A stretch of DNA of 62,215 nt, filler included, from Basidioascus undulatus (Eukaryota): assembly GCA_000826855.1 (NCBI GenBank). It is 10 parts of 10 records of this genome, joined end to end, with 100 filler letters (N's around TTAATTAATTAA, not from the genome) between each part and the next. Parts side by side here need not be neighbours in the genome. Positions count along the whole stretch, not along the records: positions 35,583 to 57,925 come from JTLS01000297.1; positions 58,026 to 60,070 come from JTLS01002969.1; 8 more parts are not named here. One strand, 5' to 3'. Positions 46,412 through 59,497 of this stretch are shown piece after piece. A program made the translations under genes and the position numbers. The notes under the pieces were generated by a model. It was not told the DNA's origin. It did not search any database and saw nothing but the letters and a program-made list of their open reading frames with translations. How positions within the stretch are numbered: position 1 is the first letter of the stretch; each line of letters opens with the position of its first letter.

Positions 46412-49400
46412 CTATGCGTTGCCTCGCGACGCCCTCATGAAGTCGGTGACTGCGCAGCCAAAGTCCAACATGTCAGAGAGATCGCATTGAAGGAAGCGCC
46501 AAGATGCTACGCACAGTACTTCCTGAAGGCCTTGGGCTCATCCTTCTCGATGTGCTGGACAAAGTCGAGCGTCAAGTTCGACGGCGCGCCGATGGACGGG
46601 AGGTAGACGTTGGAGAGGAAGTCGCGAAACTCGGACCCGCGCGCGACATGGATGGTGCGCAGCATACCCGAGATCTCGCCGAGGACCTACGCGCCGACGA
46701 AACGGATCAAGTCAGCAAAATGCGCAAGTGGGTCCGGCGGCAGCATTTCTGGGAGGGGAGGGAAGTGGACGCACAAGCGACGACTGGCCGTCCTTGATGT
46801 TGAACGTCGGCTGGCTGGGGACCTCGAACGCGAGCTTCGTGAGGCTCGAGTAGATGAACTGCTCGAAGCCGGGCACGGGTGTCGACGTCTGCGCCGCCGC
46901 CGCGCCGTTCGCTTGCGGCGCCGAGCCGTAGGCGGTGACGACCTTGCCGAGCACGCTGAACGCGATGCGCTGCGTCGCCGGTGCTGGGTTGCTCGCGAAC
47001 TTGATTAGGCTCGTGAGGAACGTCTCGAAGCGGCCCTTGTTCTCTGCGGGCGTGGACCATTAAGTCCATTAGCATGCCTTGCAGGCAGAGCTGGACTGAA
47101 GGGACGCACGATCGGAGATGAAGACGCCTTCCAGGCCGGAGGAGAGGATCGTGCCGACGAACGAGAGGTACGCCTTCTCGAGCTCGGCCTTCTGGACAGC
47201 GTCGTCCGTGCCGGTGACCTCCTGGCCGACGAAGAAGAACACGCGGTCGATGATAGGGCCGATGACGCCGTCCAGGACAGACGCGAGCTGGCTCTGTGTG
47301 CCGGAAATTACAATCGTCAGTCGAGGTTCCACCGGGACGAGAGCGGAACAGCGACACGAACCTTGAGCTTGTGGATGAGGAGGCCGACGAAAGTCAGGAA
47401 ATCGGACAGCTCAACCGCTTCGAGCTGGCCGAGCAGCCCGTGGATGAACGTCGGAACGTGCTCGACGACAGCCGAGCCGGTCGTGTTAACGATCTGGGCG
47501 AACGAGAAGCGGGACTGAAACAGACGCCCCTGTCAGCTGGGTGCCTGCGGAGAGGCTGACCATGTAAGAAACACGCACAGCATCGCGGATGACCTTGAAC
47601 TGGCTCATCGACGACAGGGCGGTGAGGATAGCCTGCGTCGCCTGCTGGAAGACCTCGACCCACGGGCGCGCCGGCGCGTCCGCCGCTTCAGACGATTCGG
47701 GGAGGCCCTTGGCGATGTGGCCGAGAGCGAGGATGTAGTGGTGGACGAGGAGGATGGGGCGGATGTCCTGCTGAACGGGGACAGGCATCTGGAGCGCTTG
47801 TTGCAGGCCGGCGAAGAGGGGAGCGGCGAGGGTCTGCAAGACCTGATGAAGTCAGCTCGCGTCAACAGCAGGCAGGCGGAGGAACATCGGAAACGGACGG
47901 AAAGGATGGAGGAGAGCTGGTCCGGGGAGGCGAGGAGACGAGAAAGGAGACCGCCGACGGCTTCGAAGAGGTAGAGCTGATTCTGGAAGACGCCGGGAGT
48001 CGTGACCGCCTTGCTAAGGAGGTCCTCCTCTGGGTTCTCAAAGCTGGGAATCTCCGCATCGACGACAAGGACGTCCTGAATGCGCATCTGATGTCAGCTA
48101 CCGGAGTGAACACAATGCTACAGCGAATCCGCTGACGAACCGTCAAGCTCTCCAGAACCTTCGGCACGAACTCGGGCGGGATCTCGCTCCTGGCGAGCTG
48201 CGTAAAGCGCTGGAAGAGGTAGTAGATGCGGACGCGGACGTTTGTTTGAGGGTTGTGCACGCCGCTGGGTCAAGCAACGAGCGTCATCAGTACGTGGAGA
48301 TTTCAGTGGAAGGTCGACTGAACTGCGACGTACCGGTGGTCGAGGAAAGCGCTCAGCACCTCGGGCACGAAGGCCTTGCGGACCTTGAGGAGGTCGACGT
48401 ATCGGACGATGAGCTCGAAGAACTGGAGGTTGGCGGACGGGTGCGGATACGCGCTGATGCCGCTCTCGATCACGCTCACGACGAGCTGGCCGAGCGGCGT
48501 GAGCGGGCGCTCTTCGTACGGGATGGCCTGGGACGCCGCGCGCGCGGCCTTGTCCGCGTCCGTGAGCTGCACCATCGCGGGAATGCCGTTGCCTGCATGG
48601 ACCGAAGTCAGACGGCCTGACGACTGGGAAGGAAGACGGGCAGGGGATGTACCGCTCCCGACGGCCTCGGCGAAGAGATACGTGACGTAGAGCGTGAGCT
48701 CCGCCTTTTGCCAAGGCACGCCGGCGGGGCCGTTTGCGCGATAGTCAGACAGCGTGTTGTTGATGAGCGCGACGACTGCGGGGGTCCAGAGCTGCTCGTC
48801 AAGCTGCGCGATAGCGTCGAACGAGGATTTGAGGTTCTAATCGCGAACGTGCGCCAGTCAGATTACGGTACGATCATTAGTGAACGGGTGAATCTGCAGA
48901 CGTACGCGACGCAGCTCGCTGAAGCTCTTCCAGTCGTCGTCCTCGTCCTCGCCGAGCCCGCCGAAGCCCCATTCGGCGTCCGGGTTCCACTCCATCTTCT
49001 GCATGAGAATCGGAAGCAGCTGGGACAGGAATTCGCGCCTCTGCGGCGTCATGAACGTTTCTGCGGAGGTGCGCTTCTGCTTCTTGAACTGCAATTGTGC
49101 TCAAGCGCATCAGCGACAGTGTGCATCTCGATTGAAGACTAACGACGCACGAAGGAGACGGTGGTGACAAGGAGCTGGTGCACAGAGAGGGAGGTGGCGT
49201 CGTTCGGGTCGGAGAGGTAGCGGAGGAAGAGAGGCTGGTAGCTGGCGAGGAAGTCGTGCGCGGTCGCGCGCGTCTGGGGCGTGCCGGACGACTGGGCAGC
49301 GCGGGGGTGCGTCAGCATACCCAAAGTGGGCTATGCTCGGAGCGAATCAGACAGGCGTCCCGCAAAGGAAAAAAGACAGCCGCAGCCGCACGGCGCAAGA

Positions 49401-51045
49401 GCGCCCCGCCGATTGAGAAAAGACAGTGCGGGCTCACCTCTTCACACAGCTTGATGAGCTCCGTCCCGAGCGCATTGACCGTCTTCGCGCACGCCTCCCG
49501 GAACGCGTCCTCGCCCGGTCGCCGCGGCTCGGCGCGCGTCTGCTCCTCGAGCTGGCCGAGGACCGCGGACAGGTTCAATATCCGGATGAGCTCAAGCTTC
49601 GCGCTCGCTTCTTGGATGCCCTTCTGCACCATGCGCGTGAAGACGTTGGTCGTTGCGATGCGGACGGGAAGAGAGGGCGAGGCGAGGAGGGAGTAGAAGA
49701 GGGCGAGGGATTGTGGAGTGAGGGTGAGGCTGATGTCGATCCAGTCTGCGATGCGAATGCGTCAGCGAGTGCGACGGGAGGAATGTGATGGCGAGAAGAC
49801 GTACGAGACCAAGACGCGTAGACCTTAGTCGCCAGCTCCTCCGCCTCCTCCGCCAACCTCGGCGTCCATCCTCCCTCTTCTGACGCGGCGAGCTTCGCCG
49901 ACCCCTCCTGCATGACTGCCACCAGCGCAGCGACGACCTTATCCGCGTCCTTCCCCCTGACGGCGTCGCGCATCTTCGCATCCCTGCTCTGGCGCTCGCC
50001 GCTCCATTGACGCGCGCCGCGGAGGATGTTGTCCGAGAGCTCGAGCGAGATCTCGTTCAGGACGTGGAGGACGAGGAGGGTGGTGCGGGGGTTGAGCGCG
50101 GGGGGCGACGGCTGACGAAGGAGGGTGAGGAGGTCGGCAAGGAGGGAGGGGTGCGTCGTGTCGTAGGTTTGGATGAAGAAGCGGGTGAGAGTGTGGGACA
50201 GCTTGTTGCGGAGGACTGCCCGGGCAGAAGACCGGTCAGTGAACGGAGCGGGGTCGTGCGGAGCTGCCATGGAAATTTACATGACGTGTTCCCTTCAGGA
50301 CCGCCAGTAACGTATTCGTTCTGGATGTACGTGAACAGCGCTTCTTGAATGGAGAGAACGTCTGCCGGCGCGAGCTTGTCGAACCTGCCATCGCCGCACG
50401 AAGAGACTGCGTCAGTAGAGCGCCTCCCACGAAACACGCACATTGCTGAAACTCGGGTGGCATAATTGTGCACGGATTGGAAGGGGCACTTGAGTAGTTG
50501 GATGTACACAGACAAACAAGGAAGACTGAACAAAGGGAGCGAGATGGAACACCCAGACGCAGTGGCGTCGAGCGCAACGACGAGGTGGACGAGTGACGAT
50601 GGGGCGGACGTAGCAACTACGCGAGAAGATAACGTCCAAACAGGGAAGAGGGCAGCACCATCTATCTCCTTTAGGAGTTCCAGCGACGCAGCACAGCCCA
50701 TTACCCCACCAAAAAGCTCTGGAGAACAGCTCTGCCTGCGCAGCCTCGTGGCTCCCTGCGCCAGCGGACTCCTGTTCCTCGCTACATCTGGACTAGAAGT
50801 ACTCACTTTGGACCAAGAACCTCATCCACTACACCCAGCGCCCATAGTCTCCCCTCCGGCCCCGTCCCCGCCTTGTCTCCTCCGAGGAAGAGCCCGAGGC
50901 AGTACCTCCAAGTCTCCCCGGCGCTGTTCTTGACCTGCTCGAGGAACTCGAGCGCCTGGCCGCGGAGATCTGCCGGGGTGTTCGGACTGGATGCCAGGGA
51001 GATGGCTTCGAGCAGCTGCGGCGGGACCTCGGCCGTCTGGGACAT
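46412..51045 (-). CDS. LOS1: Exportin-T (tRNA nuclear export receptor)
   Basis: LRGQALEFLEQVK, LRNKLSHTLTRFF, RDAKMRDAVR, WIDISL, WQKAELTLY, QFFELIVRY, HNPQTNVRVRIYYLFQRF, FQNQLYLFEAVG, DFLTFVGLLIHKLK, ELEKAYLSF, KAFRKY. Confidence 0.92.
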
Positions 51046-51778
51046 GGTCGAGCTGCCGGCGAGTGGGGAGGGTGGTGGTGGTGCGGAGGGAAGGAAGGTG
51101 GCCTGCAAGTGGCGAGGCGTTATGGGCGCCTTTTGGAGGATGGACCCGTAGCGCGGATAGCTGCGAGATTAAAGGACAAAGCACCGGCGTCGGCTGTCCA
51201 AGTAAAAGAGCGATGGAAGCGAGAGCCGGGCTGACGGAGGAAGGCAGGCAAGCCGGGCGAGCGACTTGGAAAAAGGGCGCGCGACCGCACGCGAGCTTAA
51301 GTATGTTTACTAAGTGGTTAGTATTTCAACAATACTTTAGCCTTCGAAGGCCTTCTCGTTGCAAGGAGTATTTCCCTGCATTGCATGGACTCTCCACTAA
51401 AGATTTAAAGTCGAAGGAAATAAGTCAAGATACACTAGTTGGTGTACTCTTTTGAATGCGCGTTTTCCAGGTGATAGGCAGGCTGCGGGACAAACGATGC
51501 AGACGTTGTCATGGTGTTTTGCCCATACCCGATCCCGACGCTCAACTCGAACGAACAGATGCCTTTCGAGGTGGCAAAAGAGTCTTGGAAAGGCATAGCA
51601 TTCGTACATACTCGTTGCACCCAACTTCAACTGGAACGAAGGGACTCAAGAGAAGTGGACGCAGGCAGTGCCTTCATGCCCCAGAGTCCTCATCAACCAT
51701 CGATCTGCCATCACTGTCCTTTCAGTCCTAGCCCTTCCTTCTGAACCCAATCGGGTCCTTTAAAGGCCCCTCCATAGC

Positions 51779-54750
51779 CTAGTCCTCCTCCTCTTCCTTC
51801 TCTTCTGCGTCGGCACCGGAGACGCGAGGATGTTCTTCAGGCGCGTCTCCAGGTTCAGGTCGTCCCAGCGGAACGTGTGTCTGCATTTCACCACTCCAGT
51901 TCATTAGAAGGCTTGGAGGTATCGCTGGTGAGGCTGTGGGAGAACGCACCCTGGCCAAGTGATGAGGCTGCCTTTGTAGAGTTTCTTGAGGACCGTTTTG
52001 AACATGTGCGGTTGGTACCTATGGAAGTCAGGAACGCACACTTGAGATATCCGGTGTTCATATCCAAATAGCAACAGAAGAAGACAGAGGCTTAAAATTG
52101 TGAACCACAGCCGCTGTCCTCCCAAACACGCGAGGCTCTCGGGGTGCGAGACCGGCATGCACATGAACCTGCGTCGATCCAGCCTTATCCGTATGCCATA
52201 AAGACGAAGTCTTAAAAATTAAAGTACCGTACCATTTAGAGAGGTTCCGCTCGCGGCCTTCATTTCGCCAAAACGTCCCTTGATCGGAGAGTCGCCGTCA
52301 TAGCAAAGCACGATGAAAGCCTCGAAAGCTCCGGAAACCGGGCGACGGGGCAGCTGACGACTATAGCAAGAGAGAGGAGAGATACCTTTTGTGTACAGTG
52401 TGGCTTTAGCTCGTTTTGGGAGACCCACTGGGCAATGATATACGTCGGCAGGTCCTTAGAGGCCACCGCGGTGGGGGAGATCCCCTCGACGGGGAGGGCT
52501 GCAAACGACAAGGCACCGACTTGGAGAGTGAAAACTGTTATAGGTAAAACGTTCAGTATTATTGTGGAAGTAAGGAGATCTGGAGAGGGAGACGGGCCTG
52601 AACCTGAGTCGGAGTTGCGTGAAGCTTTCACGGTGGGGATGTCCTCAATCGCGTTGAGGACGTCTTGGAACGCAGTTGTCGGAGCCGAGTCGTCATGAAG
52701 AAAAAATTGAGCAAATGTTACGAAGAAGAAAGACGAGAGCTGCATACGTCCGTTGCGCCGGTGCTCGGCGGGTTGCAGACCTGCGAGGCCGGCTTGTCCG
52801 CCTTCGTCTGCCGGGTCCGACGCCGCTTGGAGAGGGGAGTCTGGGCAACAGTATGATAAAGTCTTAAGGAAAGTTCAAAGACCTACTTCGGAGTCACTGC
52901 GCTCCGCATCAGCTTGCGTCCTTTCCGTCGAGCTGCCAGGACCGCTGCGAGTGCGGCGGGGAGCGACGGCGGCGGGAGCGACGATCGGAACACGGCTCGT
53001 GCTGCTCCCAGAAGGCGGACCCGCCATATTTCCAGATGTAGCAGGCTTGGACATAGCAGGCGTTGACACTTTGGCAGAACCGAGTCAGGTGCTGGCGGGA
53101 GGTGCTACCGTTCCAAGTGGGGGGTTGTGCGGGTGGGTCAGTGAACCCAGTGGACGCACACCCAGGAGGATGCTGCAGAGCACACTTTCTCACGGACGCC
53201 AAGATGGGCGCATACGAAGGCGCTGTCCTTCAATCTTCTCAGGTCCCCACCTGCACCAGATAGTTAGAGATGGATAACAAAAAGCAAGAAGTACAGTAGG
53301 TAACCGAGCGGACCGCTCTTGTTCCCAGAGCTCCAGCATTTTCAGCCACGGCCCAATCGGCGGGGTCGTGCGGGAGCTGCCAGACAGGCGAAAGGTCGCC
53401 CACTGTGAAGTGTGATTTCAAAAATTTGCGGCTGGAAAGAGTGATTGGTGTTGAGGAGTATGGGAAGAGGCAGAAGCGCCATGAGCAGGTGGTTGTGCCA
53501 GAACGATAGGTGGGGCTGCTTGGAGAGTGTCGGCATGCCACGCTGCTGTCGGCGTGCCATGCTGTCCGCTGAGACACCGTGTTCGCAACTGTTCCGCAAT
53601 CTGCTTTTTGAAAACATCATACTGCACTCGAGCCTCCCGAGCAAATGCTCATGACCCATGCACTACTGCATGTCAACAGCGCAGCGGACACGCTTGATGT
53701 TTCCACATGCATGCGTCCACTTGTAGGTAAATCATCTGCGTATATGTACCTCAAAGGAATTTACGTACGGCTTTTGATGCCCCCCTTACTCAGGGAATTG
53801 GGTTGCTCAGTACCTAAAGCCCGCACTACTGCTGCGAGGTCCCGAGCAGTCGCTGGCACCCTGGCGTTTGTTCTAGCTAGGTCAAAAGGCAACCTTTGAC
53901 TTCTTTGTCCTTGACGAAGGTACTGTTGTGGTGGGACATCAAGCTTCTCAAAAGTATCCTTCCGGGCACTCACGTCCTTCAGCGTGGTCGAACATTCTCG
54001 TTCACTCCGAAGTCGGAACTTCCGCATGCACATCTACAACTGCTACAGTTGCTCATCATGGGAGCCACTTGGTAGTGCTGCAGCGTCCGCAGTGGAAAAT
54101 TTTCTTGGGAAAGTCCTCAATCCTTGCGAATTATTTGCGGCAAACTGAAGACTTGCGGTTCAGAGACAAGGGTCCCGGGCGCAGTGTTTGTTGTTCCGTG
54201 CACACCATCTTGCCTCGAACCTATGGTAGGCTCCATTCCTTTTGATCAGAAAGAGGAGTTTAAATCTCCACGGAAATGCCCTTTTCCTTTCGCAGCGTCG
54301 CTGTGAAACGCTCTCACCGAGGGAGAGAAATGACAAGAAGGATCGGCACCTGGCGATAAGACGCCGCGGCGGTCCTGCTGACGCCATCAGCCTCTTGACT
54401 TTACATCCGGCCTCGACAGGGCAGATTGCGTGTTCGCGAAATGCAGCCGGAGGCATTGCGCAAAACAGGGCCTTGACGGCAGTGTAGCATATTGCAGTTG
54501 CGTATACATCAAGCAGGCATTGGCAGTCTGCAACGGCGGGACCAGGAGTAGGAATGCAGCAGGACAGGACAACCGGACCGAGCGAGTGTCAAGATCGAAA
54601 GACAGTCCGCGACGACTCGCTTCCCTGGTTCCGGTCACGACAATATCTCGCCTTGAATCTACTGATTCGCTTTTGAGGAATACACTGGGCCTCTCTTGCA
54701 TCACAACCACCATCTACCTCTGCTCCTTCGCGGTGTTGCCCTCCAAGCGC
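51779..54750 (-). CDS. Possible orphan multi-exon gene (boundaries uncertain)
   Basis: Repeated minus-strand GT...CTAAC/CTGAC...YAG intron-like segments and a terminal exon ...PRVSGADAEEKEEEED*; no family recognised. Confidence 0.35.
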
Positions 54751-55512
54751 TGAATATCTGCGACCAGCGTATCCACACGCGACCGGGGTATCCTACCAAG
54801 CGGTTATCTCCTCGAGCGTGGGTGAGCACTGGTCTGTTTTGGCCTGGAAATTTGCATCCCGGAGACGGTACCATCCTGAGTCCCGTCAATCCACCTGACT
54901 ATGGGTTATGGCCGAGAAACGATGCACGAGACGCACGATTCGAAGGACGTTGAGCTGACATTCGGTTTCGATGGCCCAGCGGCAGCCCATACCGCCACCG
55001 GTCCCCACCTTGCGCTCCGCCGGGCGCATCCAGCCCGCGTACCCCCGCCCAGCGTTGGCGCTCGGATATACGAATCGGTCTGAATCTCCAACAACTTCCA
55101 AGTGAGTGTCGGGGGTCTCGGGTCTGGCGATAGTGGGCGATAGGAGCCGGTCACGCGAACGGCTGCTGAATGCACTCGGTGAATTCGGAGGATCTCTTGA
55201 GGAGATCGAAGGGCGTCTCAGGTCTGAACAGTGCATTTTGTGGTTGTTTTCTGCAACGTTGAGGCGGAACTGTAGCCATGCGTCCCTGTCGCTGGTCGGG
55301 GAAGGCGAGCGCCCCCGCCGACATTCACATGATCACGAGCGAGCTGCCTGCCCCGCCTTTCACGCTCGCTATCGTCCACAGCCTGCTCGCCATGAGTCCG
55401 CCTTCCACTGATCTTTCCCTCCTTCCTCACAACCATAGCCATGAGCCGGCTTCAACCCAATTCCAGACCGCCTACGCCCTCGCCGCCCCCCTCTCCACAC
55501 ACGTCTCCCTCA

Positions 55513-57925
55513 ATGACGGACGACACCGGCCTCTCCGACATCTCGTCCCTCTCCGGGTCGGAGTGGTGCGATATTGGCCAGTCGTCCGATGAGGAGGGGT
55601 CCCTCCGCCGCTCGCTCTCGAGCGATAGCGAGTACGCCTTCGCTCCCCGACATGGCCGCCGGCTGAGTGGCGAGATGGGCCTCAGCTTCCCGGACCCGCT
55701 CGACCGCGCGCCGAGCGAGATCGGCTCCGTCCGCGGCGCGGAGGACGACGTCGAGACCGACGATGTTGAGAGCGTCGTGCTCGGGACCGACGACTCCAAC
55801 ATGTCCATTGGCGAGCCTGAGCTGGGCGGAGATGGGACGTTCACGGACGACAGCGCTCCCGAGGAGCCCGAGCCGGTCGAGGACGACGATGAGGAGGACA
55901 AGGCCAGCGCGAGCGCCGGATACTCTGTCGTCCTCCCGAGCGAGTCCAACCTCTCCACGCCGTCGGTCTCCCTCGCCGGCTCTGTGGCTCAGGGCCTGCA
56001 CGGCGGGCCGACCTCGCTCGACCACTCCCTTTCCTCCTCCTCCCTCACGGTTACGCTCTCCGTGCCCTCGGGTATCCTCCCCTCGGCGCAACCCCCGATC
56101 TCGCTCATCCTCCCGCTCACCCTCCGCGTCGTCCTCCTCGGCCGGCCCACGGCGCAGCTCGCCGACGCAGTCCTCGCCAAGATCTTCGCCCTCCTCGCCC
56201 CGGCGCTGCCTATCAACGCCCACGCCCTCGTCATGGCGCAGCGCCCGCTCAGCGGGGAGGGCGAGACGCGCTGGGTGCCCAACTTAGGAGAGCCGGGCCG
56301 CCGCGCGGGCGCAGAAGAGGTCGGGAGGATGAAGAAGGCCGATGCGTCGGAGCGGGTCCGGATCCTTGTCGAGGACTGCACGTTTAGCCAGGCGGTTGAC
56401 GGCGAAGAGGGCGAGGTGCGCTTTCGATCGATCTTGTCCCTCACTTTAACGTGTAAATGCCCCGGTCTCACTTCCTTCGCTCGGTTTGCTTGCAGAACAC
56501 GCCTTCTACCCACCTCCTCCCGCACATCGACTCGCTCCACCCAGCGACGACGCTCGCGGTCCTCTTCCTTCCCCCGAAGCCGTCCTCCTCCCTCCGCACG
56601 CTCGTCCACGCCCTCACCTCCCACCCCGCGACGACCTTCCTGCCTCTGATCCCGCCGTCCGTCCCACGTCTGCGCGGGGCGCTTGCGCTCGACGCGCTTG
56701 GGGTGCCGCAGTTTCAGATCATCAAGATCGGCGGCACGCTCCCGTCGTCGAACAACGGCGCGGCTGAGATCTCGCTTGGACGCCGGTACGCCGGCGAGGT
56801 GGGCGCGGTCGAGGCGCAGGCGTTCCTCGACGCTCCGGAGACGGACGGCGCGCGCGCGCTCGCTGAGTTCGTCATCGCCTCGCGGAAGGACGAGGCGGCG
56901 AGCGTCAAGAGGCGGGAGTTCGAGGAGAAGCTGAGGCTCAACGAGCCGGCTGTCAAGGCGGCGAACGACAAGCATCGGCTTATGAAATCGGGGTTGACCT
57001 CGTGCGTTTGTTTTCCCTGCTTGCTCTTGAGACAGATGCGTTGAGCGCCTAAGTGTGGAGGGGATAGCACCTGCAGTGTCGTCGCCCTCACGCTCATCTC
57101 CGCCCTCGGCCTGTCGGCCCTCGGGGCCCTGCACTACGGTGCCGCGCCGCCCGTGCAGCTCGCGCCCGTCGCGCACAACACGACGGCCGCGACCGCGCTC
57201 GACCAGAGCGGGACGCTGGCGTTCTCGTCGTCCTCCCCCTCGTCGCTCCTCAGCCGCTTCATGCCCTCCACGCACTTCGACCCCACCGCCGAGTCGTCCG
57301 CCTCCCTCTCGCCGCCGACGACCGAGCCGCCCGCGTCCGCCGCGACGCCGGGCTACTTCCAGCCGCTGTGCGATACGCTCTTCGGCAGCAGCAGCAGCAG
57401 CAGCGTCAAGACCGAACCATCTGCCGCACTCGACGTGCACCCCGAGCCTGAGCCCGAGGCGGAGAAGGCGCCGGAGCCCGAGCCGCACGGCTGGTTCACC
57501 CGCGAGCGCGAGCCGGCGGCTGCCAAGGCCGAGTCGAGCAGCACCACGACCGCCGTCTCCGTCTCTGTGTCTCCCGAGCCTTCCTCCGACTCGCCGTCGT
57601 CCCCCGCGACCGCCCCCACGTTCGACCTCGACGTCAGCCGCCTGGCGCTCCTCCCGCACGCGCTAGTGGAGCGCGTCTTGGAGTACACCTCGCTCGCCGC
57701 CCAAGGGGCGTCGGACGTCTGGCACGCGCTCAAGACGGACGTGCTCGAGCCGTACACACTCGTCTTCAACGAGCGCCTCGCCCCGCGGGTCATGGACACC
57801 TACACGCACGCCGCGCGCGGCGCGGAGGTCGCCGCCGCCTTCGCCGAGCACCACGTCCGCTGCGCGAGCATCGCCGCCGGGCTGCTGCATGTGCGTCGAG
57901 GGTACGAGCGCCTTTCTCGCAGGTG
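55513..57925 (+). CDS. Uncharacterised protein with acidic N-terminus and probable TM helix, truncated at contig end
   Basis: Long GC3-rich ORFs (MTDDTGLSDISSLSGSEWCDI..., LTLRVVLLG...) linked by GT-AG introns; hydrophobic VVALTLISALGL segment. Confidence 0.7.
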
Positions 57926-58025
57926 NNNNNNNNNNNNNNNNNNNNNNNNNNNNNNNNNNNNNNNNNNNNTTAATTAATTAANNNNNNNNNNNNNNNNNNN
58001 NNNNNNNNNNNNNNNNNNNNNNNNN

Positions 58026-58983
58026 ACCCCGTGCGCAACCGCCTCGCCCCCGAGGGCATCAAGTTCGAGCTCGACGTGCGCGTGCACAAGGACGGCGGCG
58101 TCCGCGTCCGCATGGACGAGGTCGATGGCCTCCGCAAGCGCTATGACGAGGCCGCGTCCTGGGCGATCCTCAACGAGCCCGAGATTCACGCGCTGACGGA
58201 TGTGGAGGTCGAGTCGACGCAGAACACCGAGACGATCCGCTTCGGCGCCGCTGGCGCGGACAAGGACCTCGCGCTGACAGTCACCCGCTCGCCGCTGCAT
58301 GTCGCACTCACGCGTGGGAAGGAGGTCCTCGTCGAGTTGAACGGCCAGCAGCTTCTGCATATGGAGCACTACAGGAAGAAGGACCAGCCGGAGACGGTGG
58401 AGGGCGAGGAGGCGGAGGAGAAGGTCGTTGTGCAGCCGATCGGCGGCGACGACGGCGAGGCGAGCGAGCGCTGGGCGTGGCCGGGTGAGCAGGGTTCGAG
58501 GACCGGACACGAACGGGCTCTGGGAGGAGACGTTCTCCGGCAAGCGGGACACAAGCCGAAAGATGGGTACTTTCTCATTATTCCCCGCTCTGTTTCTGCT
58601 TCTGAAGACGCTGTGTCGCTTTGCAGGCCCCGAAGCCCTCTCCTTCGACATCACCTTCCCCTCGCACGCACACGTATTTGGCATTCCCGAGCACGCCGCG
58701 CCGCTCTCTCTCCCGCCCACGGACGGGATCTTGCCCCTGCGTGAGATGTACGCGAGGCGTACGGCGGGAAATGGGAGGACGGAAGGGCATCAGGGTCGAG
58801 CGCGTCGTCGTGCTTGGGCTTGAGCGGGAGCCGAGAGTGGCCAAGGTTGGGGGAAGGGACGTCGAGTGGCGCTGGACACCGGGCGTCGCAGCGATGGGGA
58901 GGAAGGAAGGCCGGGCGAGCGAGGTCGTCCTGAAGGACCCGAAGGTGCTCGTTGGACAGGATTAGGTAGTCGAGATTGACTGA
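58026..58983 (+). pseudogene. Glucosidase II alpha subunit (GH31, ROT2/GLS2-like) pseudogene lacking the catalytic domain
   Basis: GVRVRMDEVDGLRKRYDEAASWA, LLHMEHYRKK, GLWEETF, GPEALSFDITFP, VFGIPEHAAPLSLP, then directly the C-terminal VERVVVLG...VLKDPKVLVG; frameshift ~58490; TAG at 58963 where Trp is expected. Confidence 0.8.
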
Positions 58984-59461
58984 GGACGTGAAGATGAAGG
59001 GCCTCGATAACTGGTAGAGTTGAGGTGCCTTTTCGGTCTGCGGGGCGCTCGTACAGGCTGGAGGACGGCGTTGATACGCAGGGTACTTTGTAGGATGTTT
59101 GTGGACATTTCTTCATACATGTCATCAAGAAATCTTGGTACGACTGCAAGTGTGTGCGAGACGAACTGGAGCAATGCCGAGGACTCCATGCGGAGGGTCA
59201 AGCGCGCGGTATGAAAGGAAGAGGGATGAGCGAGTGAGCTAGTTCTCAAGGACCCGAAGGTGCTCGTTGGGGGAGATTGGATTACTGAGCTGGCATCAGT
59301 AAACCAGAAGGGCGTGGAGGAGTATTGAAATGCTGGGGTCTTTCAGTTTGCGCATACCCACGGGAAGACGACGCAGAAAGGTGGGTGCTGCGCAAGTATT
59401 TGGCATGTATGCATGTATTCGGCATTCAAATTCGCAATTATATTGCCGGGTCGAGCATATT

Positions 59462-59497
59462 ACTGAGGAACACCGTCAGACTGAGGAACACCGTCAG
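59462..59497. repeat. Perfect 18-bp tandem duplication ACTGAGGAACACCGTCAG x2
   Basis: Copies at 59462-59479 and 59480-59497. Confidence 0.9.

Noticed and set aside
28974..51045. Functional clustering of the unusual tRNA with exportin-T (LOS1)
   Set aside because: Different contigs; co-occurrence in the window is an artefact of concatenation.
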